A DNA stretch of 41,808 nucleotides from an uncultured Nitrososphaeraceae archaeon. GTDB taxonomy: Archaea; Thermoproteota; Nitrososphaeria; Nitrososphaerales; Nitrososphaeraceae. This document shows positions 31,452-41,808 of the stretch, one piece after another (positions within the stretch are counted from its first letter, which is position 1; every line of letters starts with the position of its first letter). The notes beneath the pieces were generated by a model that searched no databases, was not told the DNA's origin, and saw nothing but the letters and a program-made list of their open reading frames with translations. The stretch lies in the NCBI GenBank assembly GCA_963837175.1, contig CAWIMJ010000030.1, positions 1-41,808 of the forward strand, read 5' to 3'. Made by a program: the position numbers and the translations under genes.

Positions 31452-31913
31452 TCATCTTTCTGCATACCTGTTCTTTTTATTTATACTTGGAATACGTGGC
31501 ACAAGGACTGCAAATGCAATTGAGATTATTGCTATAAAATAATAATTATATCCTATTGCCATTCCTATAGCTGCTGAAAACCAGATACTTGCAGCAGTAG
31601 TTAAATTAATAACCTTATTATTATCAGTTTGGCCTTTTTTACTATCATATTCACCTTTAAGTATTACACCTGCACCTAAAAAACCAATTCCTGTGATAAG
31701 TTGGGCGGCAATCCTTGATGTTGAGCTAGGATCAACTAATGCAGATAAATAAGTAAAGATCATCGAACCTGCGATAACAAAGGAATGTGTACTTATTCCA
31801 GCTGGTTTGCCTCGAAACTCTCTTTCAATCCCAATAAGAGCGCCAGCAATTAGTGAGAGAGATATATCTAATAAAAAATCTATTTCATAACCTCTGAGAA
31901 ATTCTTCAAACAT
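31452..31913 (-). CDS. MgtC/SapB family membrane protein
   Basis: IGIERE..GKPAGISTH, RIAAQLITGIGFLGAG and LTTAASIW. Confidence 0.92.
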   Translation of the reverse strand: MFEEFLRGYEIDFLLDISLSLIAGALIGIEREFRGKPAGISTHSFVIAGSMIFTYLSALVDPSSTSRIAAQLITGIGFLGAGVILKGEYDSKKGQTDNNKVINLTTAASIWFSAAIGMAIGYNYYFIAIISIAFAVLVPRIPSINKKNRYAER

Positions 31914-32642
31914 GGTTACTTTTTGTTGAAATGACGTTTATAAAGCGTGACTCTATGTTTGTTTGCTTGCTTGTTCCTAGCATATAGGATTATAGAGACA
32001 GTTGGGAAACTCCTCATACAGCAATGGCATCATCATCATCCTCCTCCTCCTCTTCTAAGATTAAATAGTAGATAGATAATTGTTTCATCTATACTTCCTA
32101 GAAATCTTTCTATTAATAGCAGTTCATCATATTACTAAAACAAAAAAAATAGAAAGGTGGATGAAATGCATTGTTATAAGAAAAATATCAGGTATGGATC
32201 TAATGCCATCAGTCAACAAAATTAAAGGTTTGTTTGTGTTAATTGTTACCAGCAATTCAAACAGAAATTTCTACTCATCTCAAAGATTAGTGCATCGTCA
32301 CCATAGCGGCCATTCTTTCAGATGTTGCTTATTACTTAAATACTTCAAATTGGCTATGCACATTATAAGAATATTATTATTATTATTAGTTTTTATTTTT
32401 ACTACTGTGATAGTACCATTACTTGATTGACTTTCCTAGTCCACTGAGCTACAATTACGTCACCTAGTCTTGTACTATTTTTTGATGTTAACACCTTACA
32501 ACTTGTCCTTAACATGAAAAAGCTTGGCATTGATTTGCTTATTTGATATAATAACGGTTCACTATTAGAACCACAAGAAGTATGGCAATAAATTCGGTAG
32601 AATTTTTAACATCAAATAGTGAACTTAGCAAATCCAGATCGG

Positions 32643-32906
32643 TTATCGTAAAGCCTCTTCATTCTTTTGGAATCCAAAATAGCATGAATGGCACATTTTT
32701 TTACCATAAATTACTCCTCTTTTGTCACATTTGTTACATACATTTTCGTAATCGATGGTCGAATCTAATGATTTAGCCTTTTGAATACATTTGCCGCATA
32801 TTGGGGCTTCAAGATTGAAGCTAGAAAGAAAGCCAAATCCGCATTGGAAACATCTAAGGCTATACATTTTTCCTTTTGGTTTCCAACGTCTAAATATGTT
32901 AATCAT
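32643..32906 (-). CDS. Small protein with four CxxC motifs (double zinc ribbon)
   Basis: CFQC, CGKC, CNKC and CHSC. ATG at 32906 overlaps the upstream TAA (TAATG coupling). Confidence 0.7.
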   Translation of the reverse strand: MINIFRRWKPKGKMYSLRCFQCGFGFLSSFNLEAPICGKCIQKAKSLDSTIDYENVCNKCDKRGVIYGKKMCHSCYFGFQKNEEALR

Positions 32907-33256
32907 TAGAATCCCACCTTTTTCATCTTTGAACCACATTTAGGACATTCAACCTGTTTGTGTTGTGTTCCGCAACTCATACAATAATATTTTAATGCAT
33001 TATCTCCAAACATTGAAGAAGAAGAGGAGGAGGAAGAGGACATTGAACCAAACATTCCTACTCTTCCTCCGCCCATTCCAGCTCGTTGCATTGTTCTCTT
33101 TCTCACATAGAAACTAATCAAAATGAATACTCCTATTGTAGTAACTAATGATATTGGAAATGGCAATAATAGAGAAATAGCAATACTGATGCCTAAAGAT
33201 ATTCCCAACCACATTATTTGGTTGATGAGAAATTGTTTATTGTTGTTAAAACTCAT
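32906..33256 (-). CDS. Two-TM membrane protein with C-terminal zinc ribbon
   Basis: Two hydrophobic helices, a Gly/Ser linker and YYCMSCG...CPKCGSKMK. Confidence 0.85.
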   Translation of the reverse strand: MSFNNNKQFLINQIMWLGISLGISIAISLLLPFPISLVTTIGVFILISFYVRKRTMQRAGMGGGRVGMFGSMSSSSSSSSSMFGDNALKYYCMSCGTQHKQVECPKCGSKMKKVGF

Positions 33257-33763
33257 CTTGTTTACGTCTTATACTATTCATTTTATCTAATTAAATACAG
33301 TAGTAATTGTTTACTAATTTGGTAGTTATTTCCTTACTTACTACTACACACGATAGTTACCCAGATATACTAGGAGTTACTGAATCTGCTTCTACTGTTG
33401 ATAATGATAGTATCAGTTGAAATAGGTGATGATGTAGTTATTTGTGTAGTAGTTGTAGTAATAATGATGATGAGATTCTGAATATATAATATATAGACAG
33501 AGTAGAAAATACTATCAAATGAGATAAAAATAAAAACTGTCATAACACTTAACTGAGTAGACAACTCCGTTTTATGAGTCAACTATTAATTTATGCTTCA
33601 ATTGCCATAAAAACATATTACTTGATATTGTAGATACCTGAACCTAATACATAATATAAGTATCAGTTCTGCGAGCTAATTTTTCCTGTCATACTACCAC
33701 CCTTTTCTTCAAATGCTTCTTCAGAAGCATTTTTTAATTGTTAATAATTCTACTATAACATAT

Positions 33764-34048
33764 ATGTTATCAAACGATGAGATAGAAAAAAATATTGTAG
33801 AGTTAGATAGCGGATGGGAATTAAAAGATGGAAAGGTTGTTAAATCATTTCAATTCTCCAGCTTTATGAACGCTATTGAATTTGTAAATGAGGTTGCAAA
33901 GATTGCTGAAAGACTTGATCATCATCCAATTATTACAATCAATTGGAAGACTGTGAAACTTTCTTTAAAATCATTTGATGTTGATGCAATAACCAGACGT
34001 GATATTGTTCTTGCTAAGGAAATAGAGAAATCAATTAGTAAAAGGTAA
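33764..34048 (+). CDS. phhB: Pterin-4a-carbinolamine dehydratase
   Basis: GWEL...KSFQF..F..AIEFVNEVAKIAERLDHHP...T.RDIVLAKEIE. Likely start is ATG 33764. Confidence 0.9.
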   Translation: MLSNDEIEKNIVELDSGWELKDGKVVKSFQFSSFMNAIEFVNEVAKIAERLDHHPIITINWKTVKLSLKSFDVDAITRRDIVLAKEIEKSISKR

Positions 34049-34218
34049 CAAAACACTGGTTGACAAAATCAACACTCTTATAACTGGATTGGAGAATAAC
34101 TCTAATTACCCAATACCAAAACAGGAAAAGTTACCTATTTTTATTTCGCATAAATTCTTTCTTTGATTGGAATAGATCATAAAATTAGTACTTTCTTCTT
34201 TCATACTTTCTTTCCATA

Positions 34219-34338
34219 TCACAAATTTACTATTTCTTTAAATTGCAAGTGGCTGGTCATTTCTATATGACCTTCAACACCTGTTTCACACAAATAAACT
34301 GCATCACATATTTTACATATATAGAATTTTAATTCAAC
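34219..34338 (-). pseudogene. Unannotated single C2H2-like zinc-finger microprotein with no in-frame start
   Basis: Hand translation VELKFYICKICDAVYLCETGVEGHIEMTSHLQFKEIVNL*. A GTG at 34342 is one base out of frame. Confidence 0.5.
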
Positions 34339-34563
34339 TCACAGCCTTTATTATATAGATAAATTTTACAGCCTCACTTGCTATTCAATGTTAGTAAGCA
34401 GTGTTTATGATTTATCCAAACTGCTGCTTATTTAAAAATAGTAATTAATCGGAATTCAATTATATACTGTTTTCTATAGGCTATAGATAAGGGTAAAATT
34501 TTGCAATGATTACTTGGCTGTGGACTAACTATGTTAAGCATTGTCTATTTAATAGACTCCAAT

Positions 34564-35025
34564 ATGACGGCTACATCAATACACAACAAATGTAAAGGTG
34601 ATCGATCAATAATAAATAAGAGAGTCTTGATAGTAGACGATGAACCTGATGTTATTTTAGCTATAAAGATAGTTTTAGAAATGAATGGATTTAAAGTCGA
34701 TTCCTTTACTGATCCTTTGTCGGCATTGGAGAACTTTAGAAAAGAAGCTGGTATATATGATTTGCTTATGCTTGATATTAAAATGCCAAATATGAATGGA
34801 TTTGAGTTGTATAAGCATATTAAAAAAATAGATGATAAAGTTAAAGTATGTTTTCTGACAGCAGGTGAAATGGATTATGAGCAGTTTAGAAAAGAGTTAA
34901 TTCCTGCATTAGATAAAAATTGCTATATTCAAAAGCCAATTGAAACTGAAATACTGATAAGAAGATTAAATAGAATAATAGCAGATAATAGCATCATCAA
35001 ATTAAACTTAACAATAATAACTTAA
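34564..35025 (+). CDS. Stand-alone response regulator (REC domain)
   Basis: RVLIVDDEPD, LDIKMPNMNGFEL, FLTA and IQKP. Start uncertain (34531 or 34564). Confidence 0.93.
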   Translation: MTATSIHNKCKGDRSIINKRVLIVDDEPDVILAIKIVLEMNGFKVDSFTDPLSALENFRKEAGIYDLLMLDIKMPNMNGFELYKHIKKIDDKVKVCFLTAGEMDYEQFRKELIPALDKNCYIQKPIETEILIRRLNRIIADNSIIKLNLTIIT

Positions 35026-35137
35026 CTGAAATATCAATATTAGACACAACTGTATTATTTAGTAAGCAAGATTGCAAGTGAAAAAAACAAGTACATGCAC
35101 TTATTGCTCAAAAGGATAAGAATAAAAAAGTTGATCG

Positions 35138-35510
35138 TGAATATATTGAATAATGACGATAATGATGATGAAGATGACTATTCAAAGCTAAATCACATCA
35201 TTAAAGAAAATGTCAAAGCCGTGTTAGCAAAAAATAAACAAATGATATCAGTGTAATTTGAAGCATTAATTCAATAGCTAAAAGCTAATCCACAAATGGG
35301 TAATTTAATTTACAATCTATCCAGCACGAATAATAACGAACAGAAAGGTAATAACATCAATACTACTAAGTACCTTGAATTTAATAAGAATAGCATATTA
35401 GATTTGGATGAAAAGAATTACAAAAACCCTTGTTGAGGTATTGACAAATAAAGCTTTAGACACTGCCGCTTCTTCTTCCAATCCCGTATTATCATTGCCG
35501 GAGTCTCATC
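35138..35510 (+). pseudogene. Decayed fragment of a helical hypothetical protein
   Basis: DDYSKLNHIIKENVKAVLAKNKQMISV*FEALIQ*LKANPQM...YLEFNKNSILDL reads as protein-like through two stops. Family not identified with certainty. Confidence 0.45.
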
Positions 35511-35857
35511 TACATTTCTAAATATATCGAATGAAAGTGATATCTACAGAATAGAAGAGTCAGAAAGCTTTCATAACAGTATAGATGATATTGCTGAATG
35601 ATAAATGAACCTTCGTATAATTAGTAGAGAATTTCTTATTAAATTTAATTGACCAGCCAATATTATTGGCTGTTTATGGCTAAATTATTTTATCTATGTT
35701 TGCTTGTTATTTCAATGAATCAATTACTGTTTGGGCATACTGCAGATATTCTCAATATTTATTTGGAATTGAATTTATTATGGAACATTTCAGTTTAGTG
35801 TTGACATTGAAATGTGTATACAATTATATACCATGTATAATAATTTTATCATTTGCT

Positions 35858-36918
35858 TTGAGCTTATATGAGAAACTTAAAGTAAAGACAGAAGAACTAG
35901 ATTCAAAGACAGAAGAGCTAAACAAAACAAACATGGCTCTTGCAATAGCTAATCAGCAGATTGAATCAAAAATATCAGAGCAAAATGCTTCTAATAAAGC
36001 GTTATTTGAATCAAACCATGAGCTTGCAGAAGTCAATAAAGAGATTGCAAAGAATAACAAAAGATTTGCATTAACAAATAAACAATATGCAGAGCTCAAT
36101 AGAGAATTGACAGCAGTCAATAAAGAACTATCGTTAGCTTATCATACAATAGAACAACAGAATAAAATTCATAGAGAATTTATCAATATTGCAGCTCATG
36201 AGCTAAGAACACCTATTATGCCAATATTAGGAACAGCAGAGTTATTAAAAAGTGAAATTGAAGAAAATTCTTATTTTAACAGGCAACGTAGTAATATGAT
36301 AATAATAGCATTCAAATTGAACAAATAAAAAGTAGGATTGAAGTCATTATCAGAAATGCAAAAAGATTAGAAGGGCTTGCAAATAGTATATTAGATGTTT
36401 CAAGAATTGAAAGTCAATCATTGATATTAAATAAAGAGCAGTTTAGCCTAGAAGAATTACTATCAAGTTTAATTAGTGAATATAATGAGAGTCAAGAAGG
36501 GAAGAAGCTGTTGTTTGAGTTCAAAGAACACAGAAGAAGCATAATCGTTAAAGCAGATAAGTATAAGATAGCTCAGGTTGTCTCTAATTTAGTAAACAAT
36601 GCTTTTAAATTTACAAACAAAGAACAAGAAGGAATTATATCTATTAGCTGTCAAAGAAAGGAGGAGAAGGATGGCCATAATAATACTAATGACTGTGTCC
36701 TTGTTCGTGTTAAGGATACAGGCGAAGGAATAGATCAAGAAATATTTCCAAGACTATTCTCAAAGTTCACTACTACTTCCAAGTCCTCTAATGATGGAAT
36801 CGGTCTAGGATTATTTATTTCAAAAGCTATTGTAGAAGCGCATGGTGGCAAGATATGGGCTGAGAATAACTCAGATGGAAAAGGTTCCACCTTTGCATTT
36901 AGTTTACCAATAGATTAA
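35858..36918 (+). CDS. Soluble coiled-coil histidine kinase; one frameshift at ~36270-36300
   Basis: Heptad-rich N-terminus and AAHELRTP. The alternative frame continues IEVIIRNAKRLEGLANSILDVSRIESQSL into ORF 36421-36918 (NAFKF, DTGEGI, GIGLGL). Start inferred at TTG 35858. Confidence 0.88.
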
Positions 36919-37465
36919 TGAATAACAAGAAGCTCTCCAGATTTACAAAAATGATATTATATAGATTTCGGAAATATTTATTTTGTCCATACCTCAGTCT
37001 TTGTATTCTGGGAATGTATTTCTATATATAAATAAAATGAACCCTAAGTGACAAAATAGGGTCAAATCTGTCATATGCCACCTCATGTAGTCCAACCTGT
37101 CTTTTACATTCCACCGAACTGGATCAACGATTATCATTTTATAGTCATCAAGAATGAGGGCTCAAATATGGCTCATAGTTGTTCAGATGCATTGCAGAAC
37201 GATTGGACTTTTTTAATATTAATTCTGTTCTGAATCCGACCCGGCCATTTTACACTATATGTATCTTGTCATAATGGCCTAGCTTAATCAAATAAGAAAA
37301 ATCAACAACAGGAAAAAGAATAGATATGGTTTTTTTTGCCTTCAATTCATAATTGATTTCAAACATATTTAATATGTTATTTAAATTCTCATGTGTTCAA
37401 AAGTACAGGTTATTGTATGTATGTATGTATCTGTTAAATATTTTATTTGTCTTTATTATATAGAT

Positions 37466-37696
37466 ATGTCATCAACAACATCATCATCAGCTGAGTTAAC
37501 AGATACGGCATATGATATTCTAAAAGTTCTGGGCAAGGATGCAGACTTCCTGTATGATACAATCGAAACTTATATCAAAGATGCACAGAATGCCAATAAA
37601 TCAGATTTGGTACAAATATGGCAAACAATTAAAGAAGAAAGAAAAAGACATATGCATATGCTCAAAGAAGCTTTAGAAAAAGAGATTCACGGGTAA
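37466..37696 (+). CDS. Small two-helix ferritin-like protein
   Basis: YDILKVLGKDADFLYDTIETYIKDA...WQTIKEERKRHMHMLKEAL (ExxxH-like). Likely start is ATG 37466. Confidence 0.75.
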   Translation: MSSTTSSSAELTDTAYDILKVLGKDADFLYDTIETYIKDAQNANKSDLVQIWQTIKEERKRHMHMLKEALEKEIHG

Positions 37697-37710
37697 ATCC
37701 TCCCGTGAAT
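37685..37710. terminator. Hairpin spanning the stop codon of the ferritin-like gene
   Basis: attcacggg (37685-37693) and cccgtgaat (37702-37710) form a perfect 9-bp stem with an 8-nt loop. Confidence 0.5.
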
Positions 37711-38083
37711 ATCTAATATCATGTCAAACTTGTTTGTTAGTGATTGGCTGCAAATTATATATTATATTGTTGATAACAGTTCACAAACGACCTGACCCAT
37801 TGAACCGTTTTTACATAACAACCAAATAGAAACAAAACCCGCTTACCAGCCAGTAATCTATTGAATCATTTACAGAAGACTAAAGCTTTAGAGTCAGATC
37901 TTAGCTGTATGAAAAGAACAAACAATTGCCATATTGACTGGAGGAAATTTATCAAACACTGATGCCATAACCACTTTATCAGAGCAAGTATCTAAATTAA
38001 TGCACGAAATAGAGGCTGTATAAACAATAAAATCTCCTCTACTTATTAGGTATATTGTCATAGAGATCTATAGTGTATAAGAT

Positions 38084-39322
38084 ATGAAAAGGTCTAGCCA
38101 GTTCAACTTGACAAAAGAATCTATAGTATTGTTTACTTTTGGACTAATGTTCATTCTTTATTCTGCTCTTACAGGTGACTATTACGCTACTTTACATGTA
38201 CAAGCACAACTATCGCAACAGCAACAACAACAAGAACAACAAAACTCCACAGTATCAGATGTTATGTCGGCAAAGGAGGAGCAGGGAGGAGATTCTCTTT
38301 CTCTTAATAGCATATTCAAACAGGTAGAGAATTCTGTAGTTCAGATAACAAGGAAAGTTCCTCCACCTAGCAGCATATTACCACCAAGTCCAGAATCAGA
38401 AAATGCTACTGCATTAGGATCTGGATTTGTTTATGATAATAAAGGACACATAATTACTAACAACCATGTAGTAGGTAATGCTAAAATAGTTGATATAACA
38501 TTAGTAGATGGAAATAGATATACTGCAAATGTAACAGGAACTGATATTTTTAATGATATAGCAGTTATTGAGATTGTTGGGAATCTTACTCAACCTCCTC
38601 CTGCGCTTAAGCCTCTTATAATTGGAAACTCTTCTGCACTTGAAGTTGGAGAGCAGGTAATAGCTATTGGCAATCCGTTTGGTCTTGTAGGAACAATGAC
38701 TACTGGTATAGTAAGCCAAACGGGCCAAATGATAGAAGACCAAGAGACTGGATTTTCCATACCAAATGCAATTCAGACCGATGCTCTAATCAATCCTGGA
38801 AATTCTGGTGGACCCTTGTTAAATATGAATGGACAAGTTATTGGAATTAATACAGCTGGCTTATCAGGGATAGGACTTGCTATTCCATCTAATGCTATAA
38901 CACGCATAGTCCCTGCATTAATTGAAAAGGGAAATTATACTCATCCATGGCTTGGTCTTACTGCTGCCACATTAACTTCAGATTTAGCAGAGAGTGTTAA
39001 AGGTTTAGAAAGAAATTTCAAAGGAGTATTAGTAGATTCAATTGTAAAGGATGGCCCTGCTGATAAAGTAGGACTAAATGGAAGCAGTACAGATCAATAT
39101 GGTAAAAAACATGGTGGGGATATAATAACAGCTGTTGATGGACATAATGTTATAAAAATAGAAGATTTTATCTCCTATCTTGAGGAGCAAAAGAAAGTTG
39201 GTGATAAAATAACCTTGACTATATATAGGAATGGACAGTTCCTAGATTTAGAGATAATCCTTCAAGAGCGTCCTTCTCCACTTCTGTATTTGACAGAGAT
39301 GCCTTCTTCTCCAGTTCCATAA
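38084..39322 (+). CDS. htrA: HtrA/DegP-like trypsin serine protease with PDZ domain
   Basis: Signal/anchor, TNNHVV, DIAVI and INPGNSGGPL catalytic triad, with C-terminal PDZ (WLGL...GDIITAVDG). Confidence 0.95.
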   Translation: MKRSSQFNLTKESIVLFTFGLMFILYSALTGDYYATLHVQAQLSQQQQQQEQQNSTVSDVMSAKEEQGGDSLSLNSIFKQVENSVVQITRKVPPPSSILPPSPESENATALGSGFVYDNKGHIITNNHVVGNAKIVDITLVDGNRYTANVTGTDIFNDIAVIEIVGNLTQPPPALKPLIIGNSSALEVGEQVIAIGNPFGLVGTMTTGIVSQTGQMIEDQETGFSIPNAIQTDALINPGNSGGPLLNMNGQVIGINTAGLSGIGLAIPSNAITRIVPALIEKGNYTHPWLGLTAATLTSDLAESVKGLERNFKGVLVDSIVKDGPADKVGLNGSSTDQYGKKHGGDIITAVDGHNVIKIEDFISYLEEQKKVGDKITLTIYRNGQFLDLEIILQERPSPLLYLTEMPSSPVP

Positions 39323-39474
39323 TTTCTATTTATTCTATATTATATAATATTGAGCACACGTTTTAAATACTTCTATTCCCGTAGCTTAACCTCTGAAAAA
39401 GTGTAAAGGAAATTAAACATCGGTCAGATGCACAACTCGTAAATTCTGTTTTTTGGGAGGAAGAGGAGTACCGA

Positions 39475-39950
39475 ATGCCGCATGTAGACGGAGATGATGA
39501 CGGCGTAGGATATGGTATATTTGGCCACAGCCCCAGCGGCCATGGTGAGAGGGGGTTAACCGGAAATGCAGTGTTTAACCCCGATGGCAACCCCAACGAC
39601 ATTACCGACGTAGGTGTGTTTGGCAAAAGCGACGACGGAACGGGTATGCATGGCAACAGCAATACGGGTGTCAGCTTGGGTGGCATCTGTCACAACACAA
39701 GTGGCAAAGGTGTACGTGGCCTCAGCAATGAAGGCACAGGTGTGCATGGCAGGAGCGAAATCGGCAGAGATGTGGAAGGCTTGAGCGATTCCGACTTTGG
39801 TGATAGTGGAAACAGCATTAATTTCATAGGTGTGTACGGAGAGGCAGGGAAGAGGGGAAAGAATATCCAAGTGATAACCGGCCAGTAGGTGTATTAGGCA
39901 TCATCCTATGCCAAAACGCCATATGTGTGGCTGGCACCGCCCACCGAGCG
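39475..39950 (+). pseudogene. GC-rich fragment of a glycine-rich GVxGxS repeat protein
   Basis: Repeats GIFGHS, GVFGKS, GMHGNS, GVRGLS, GVHGRS, GVYGEA at about 11-aa spacing, continuing out of frame as GVLG. Hand count of 65/120 G+C at 39541-39660. Confidence 0.65.
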
Positions 39951-40095
39951 GCTATGCTACGTTACCACTTTTATTACTCCCTGTTAGCCTCTTTCCAATT
40001 GTTACCATGATTCTACATTATATCGTGTTATTTCTTACAAGTTGATTTTAGGCAGCCTATATGTTTCTTGTTAACCATCTATATAGTATAAACTT

Positions 40096-40680
40096 ATGAA
40101 AAGTAAGAAATCTGACAATAATAATATACAAAAAGAAATAGAACCTCTAAGGCACATAGAGGCAATGCTACTAGGACCAGGAAAGCGGTAAAAAGAAGAC
40201 CCAGAGTTGGCAAAACACAACCTTTAGAAAAGGAGAGGAGGAGCAAATAACTGTTAGAAGATCAGCGGCCGCAAGGAAAAATTTGACACAAATCGTATGG
40301 CACAAACTGTAAGTAGGTCAGGAGTTCCATTTTTGATGGCAAGGGATATTGCAAAAAAAGTTTCAGGTAAAATAAAACAGGAAGCTCATAACCAACAAAG
40401 CAAAGGTAAGGATAATAATAATAGTAATAATGGTAATAAATCAAATGCTACACAACTAAAAGAAAAAACTGTAACTGGAAGTAGGGTGAGAAAGTTGGTA
40501 GCAAGTGAATTACGTGATAGAAACCGAGGCGATATCGCCTCATCTTATTCTGGTCAAGTTCCAGAAAATACATTACAAGAGCAAAATCTAAAAGATCAAC
40601 AACCTATCACAGATACTGTTTCAAACAGGAATAGAGTATTGCACGACACGAGCAAAAGGGGAGGGGGAATAATGACATGA
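40096..40680 (+). CDS. Stand-alone ATP-cone domain protein; 5' part frameshifted
   Basis: ITVRRS / SGRKEKFDTNRMAQTVSRSGVPFLMARDIAKKV...TVTGSRVRKLVASELRDRN..IASSY. The ORF track gives only 40297-40680. Confidence 0.7.
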
Positions 40681-41353
40681 GTTTAAGAGAAAGAACGAGA
40701 ACGATGAAAGAATAAAATAAAATTAACGTGACAATCATTTACTTTTTTCTGATATATGAGACTATTGCAGATAATAAAAAGAGTTTATATTTGGAAAAAG
40801 TTGGTCTCTCTTGTGTTTATAATAGAATTTTAATTTAGAAGTGGTGGCACACACAACTGTTGCCGCTGGCGTTACTAGAACCCGTCTATATTCGTCGAAG
40901 TAGTACCATCGGATCCTTAAATCTTCTAATATTGATCAGGCCGATTATTGGGTTTAACTATGATATAGATCATAAATACCAAAACACTGTTCACAATAAT
41001 ATTTTTCCCTTGGGGTACGGATAATTTTGACAGGCTTATTTGTTTATTCTCCAGCAGCTGTTACATCTCAGTACAAAATCATTAATGGCTGGATCCCATT
41101 CCTCCATACGTTCTCTAGTATTATTTGCTCAGACATATATAAATGAAAAATGCAATATTCAATTGCATATACAATAATCTGGGTGGCATATTTGAGTCAA
41201 ATTTGTTGCACATTCCACCGGACCATGACCAAATAGTCTTGACGTATAATCTGAATACATATTACTGCTTGTACTTATTTTATAGAAACTATAGGTACTG
41301 GTATCTCATGAATACACAAAAACATTCTATAACATAATGATTCATATTCATCT

Positions 41354-41779
41354 GTGGTAAAAGTTCTTTCTCATGTAATGAGAAATATCAATGAGTTTAA
41401 CATACCTGCGGGAGATACACATGGGTATGAGATATTGTATTTTGGCGTAAACTTGATACTTATGTTTGATTATAGATTGTCGTTTGATATACAAGTAAAG
41501 AATTCAGATGGTGACAAAATAGGAGTTTTTATAATTAGTAGAAAAGATATTCTAGCCTGGAAAATAAATGGTAGTAATCAGGATGTAAAGTCGCTTTATA
41601 GTAATAGTGGAGAAAGAATTAATGATATCTTTAAACCTTTAACAAGTGATGCATATGCTTTTATTTTAAGCAATAGATTCTCTTCTATGAATAACAACTC
41701 TGAGACAAAAACAGTTGAAGTTACTCTTATCCATACTTGGCAACAGGAAATAAAAGAATCACAATTAAAAAATATGTAA
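41354..41779 (+). CDS. Hypothetical beta-sandwich (GOLD/emp24-like) protein
   Basis: IGVFII...LYSNSG...YAFILSNRFS...KTVEVTL pattern. The fold assignment is tentative. Confidence 0.6.
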   Translation: MVKVLSHVMRNINEFNIPAGDTHGYEILYFGVNLILMFDYRLSFDIQVKNSDGDKIGVFIISRKDILAWKINGSNQDVKSLYSNSGERINDIFKPLTSDAYAFILSNRFSSMNNNSETKTVEVTLIHTWQQEIKESQLKNM

Positions 41780-41808
41780 ATAATGGGTTATCAAATGTAT
41801 GAACGATA

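Noticed and set aside
32080-33582. ORFs 32080-32430, 32582-32776 and 33370-33582
   Set aside because: Low-complexity or antisense frames without motifs.
8050-40260. Recurrent tgttagaa 8-mer in intergenic DNA
   Set aside because: Short and AT-rich, also present within CDSs, and enrichment cannot be established without computation.
37100-41225. Shared acattccaccg at ~37107 and ~41210
   Set aside because: Only about 11 bp, with no convincing extended alignment.

Overview
AT-rich, low-coding-density archaeal window. Gene content and style (DUF6659/roadblock-like, PsbP-like, stand-alone REC regulators, C2H2/Zn-ribbon microproteins, poly-N/Q/S microsatellite inserts) suggest a soil Nitrososphaeraceae (ammonia-oxidising archaeon); this taxonomy is inferred. 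The left end is a metal-homeostasis block: a two-domain multicopper oxidase, a ZIP permease and a DtxR/MntR regulator preceded by a perfect 14-bp palindrome, then Csp3, an exported Met/His repeat protein and P1B-ATPase relics. The main highlight is a co-oriented tatC-tatA-vanadium haloperoxidase cassette (9403-12783, minus strand). The enzyme has bromoperoxidase-type motifs and a Tat-like signal, and the cassette lies between an IS6-like transposase relic and a decayed TnpB element. The rest is accessory DNA: pseudogenes (dodecin, wHTH, GH5, K+ channel), a MITE-like element, dispersed repeats, two histidine kinases, redox/stress proteins, HtrA and a GC-rich Gly-repeat fragment. Several otherwise intact genes carry single-base frameshifts that may be sequencing errors. 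No rRNA, tRNA or CRISPR array was recognised.
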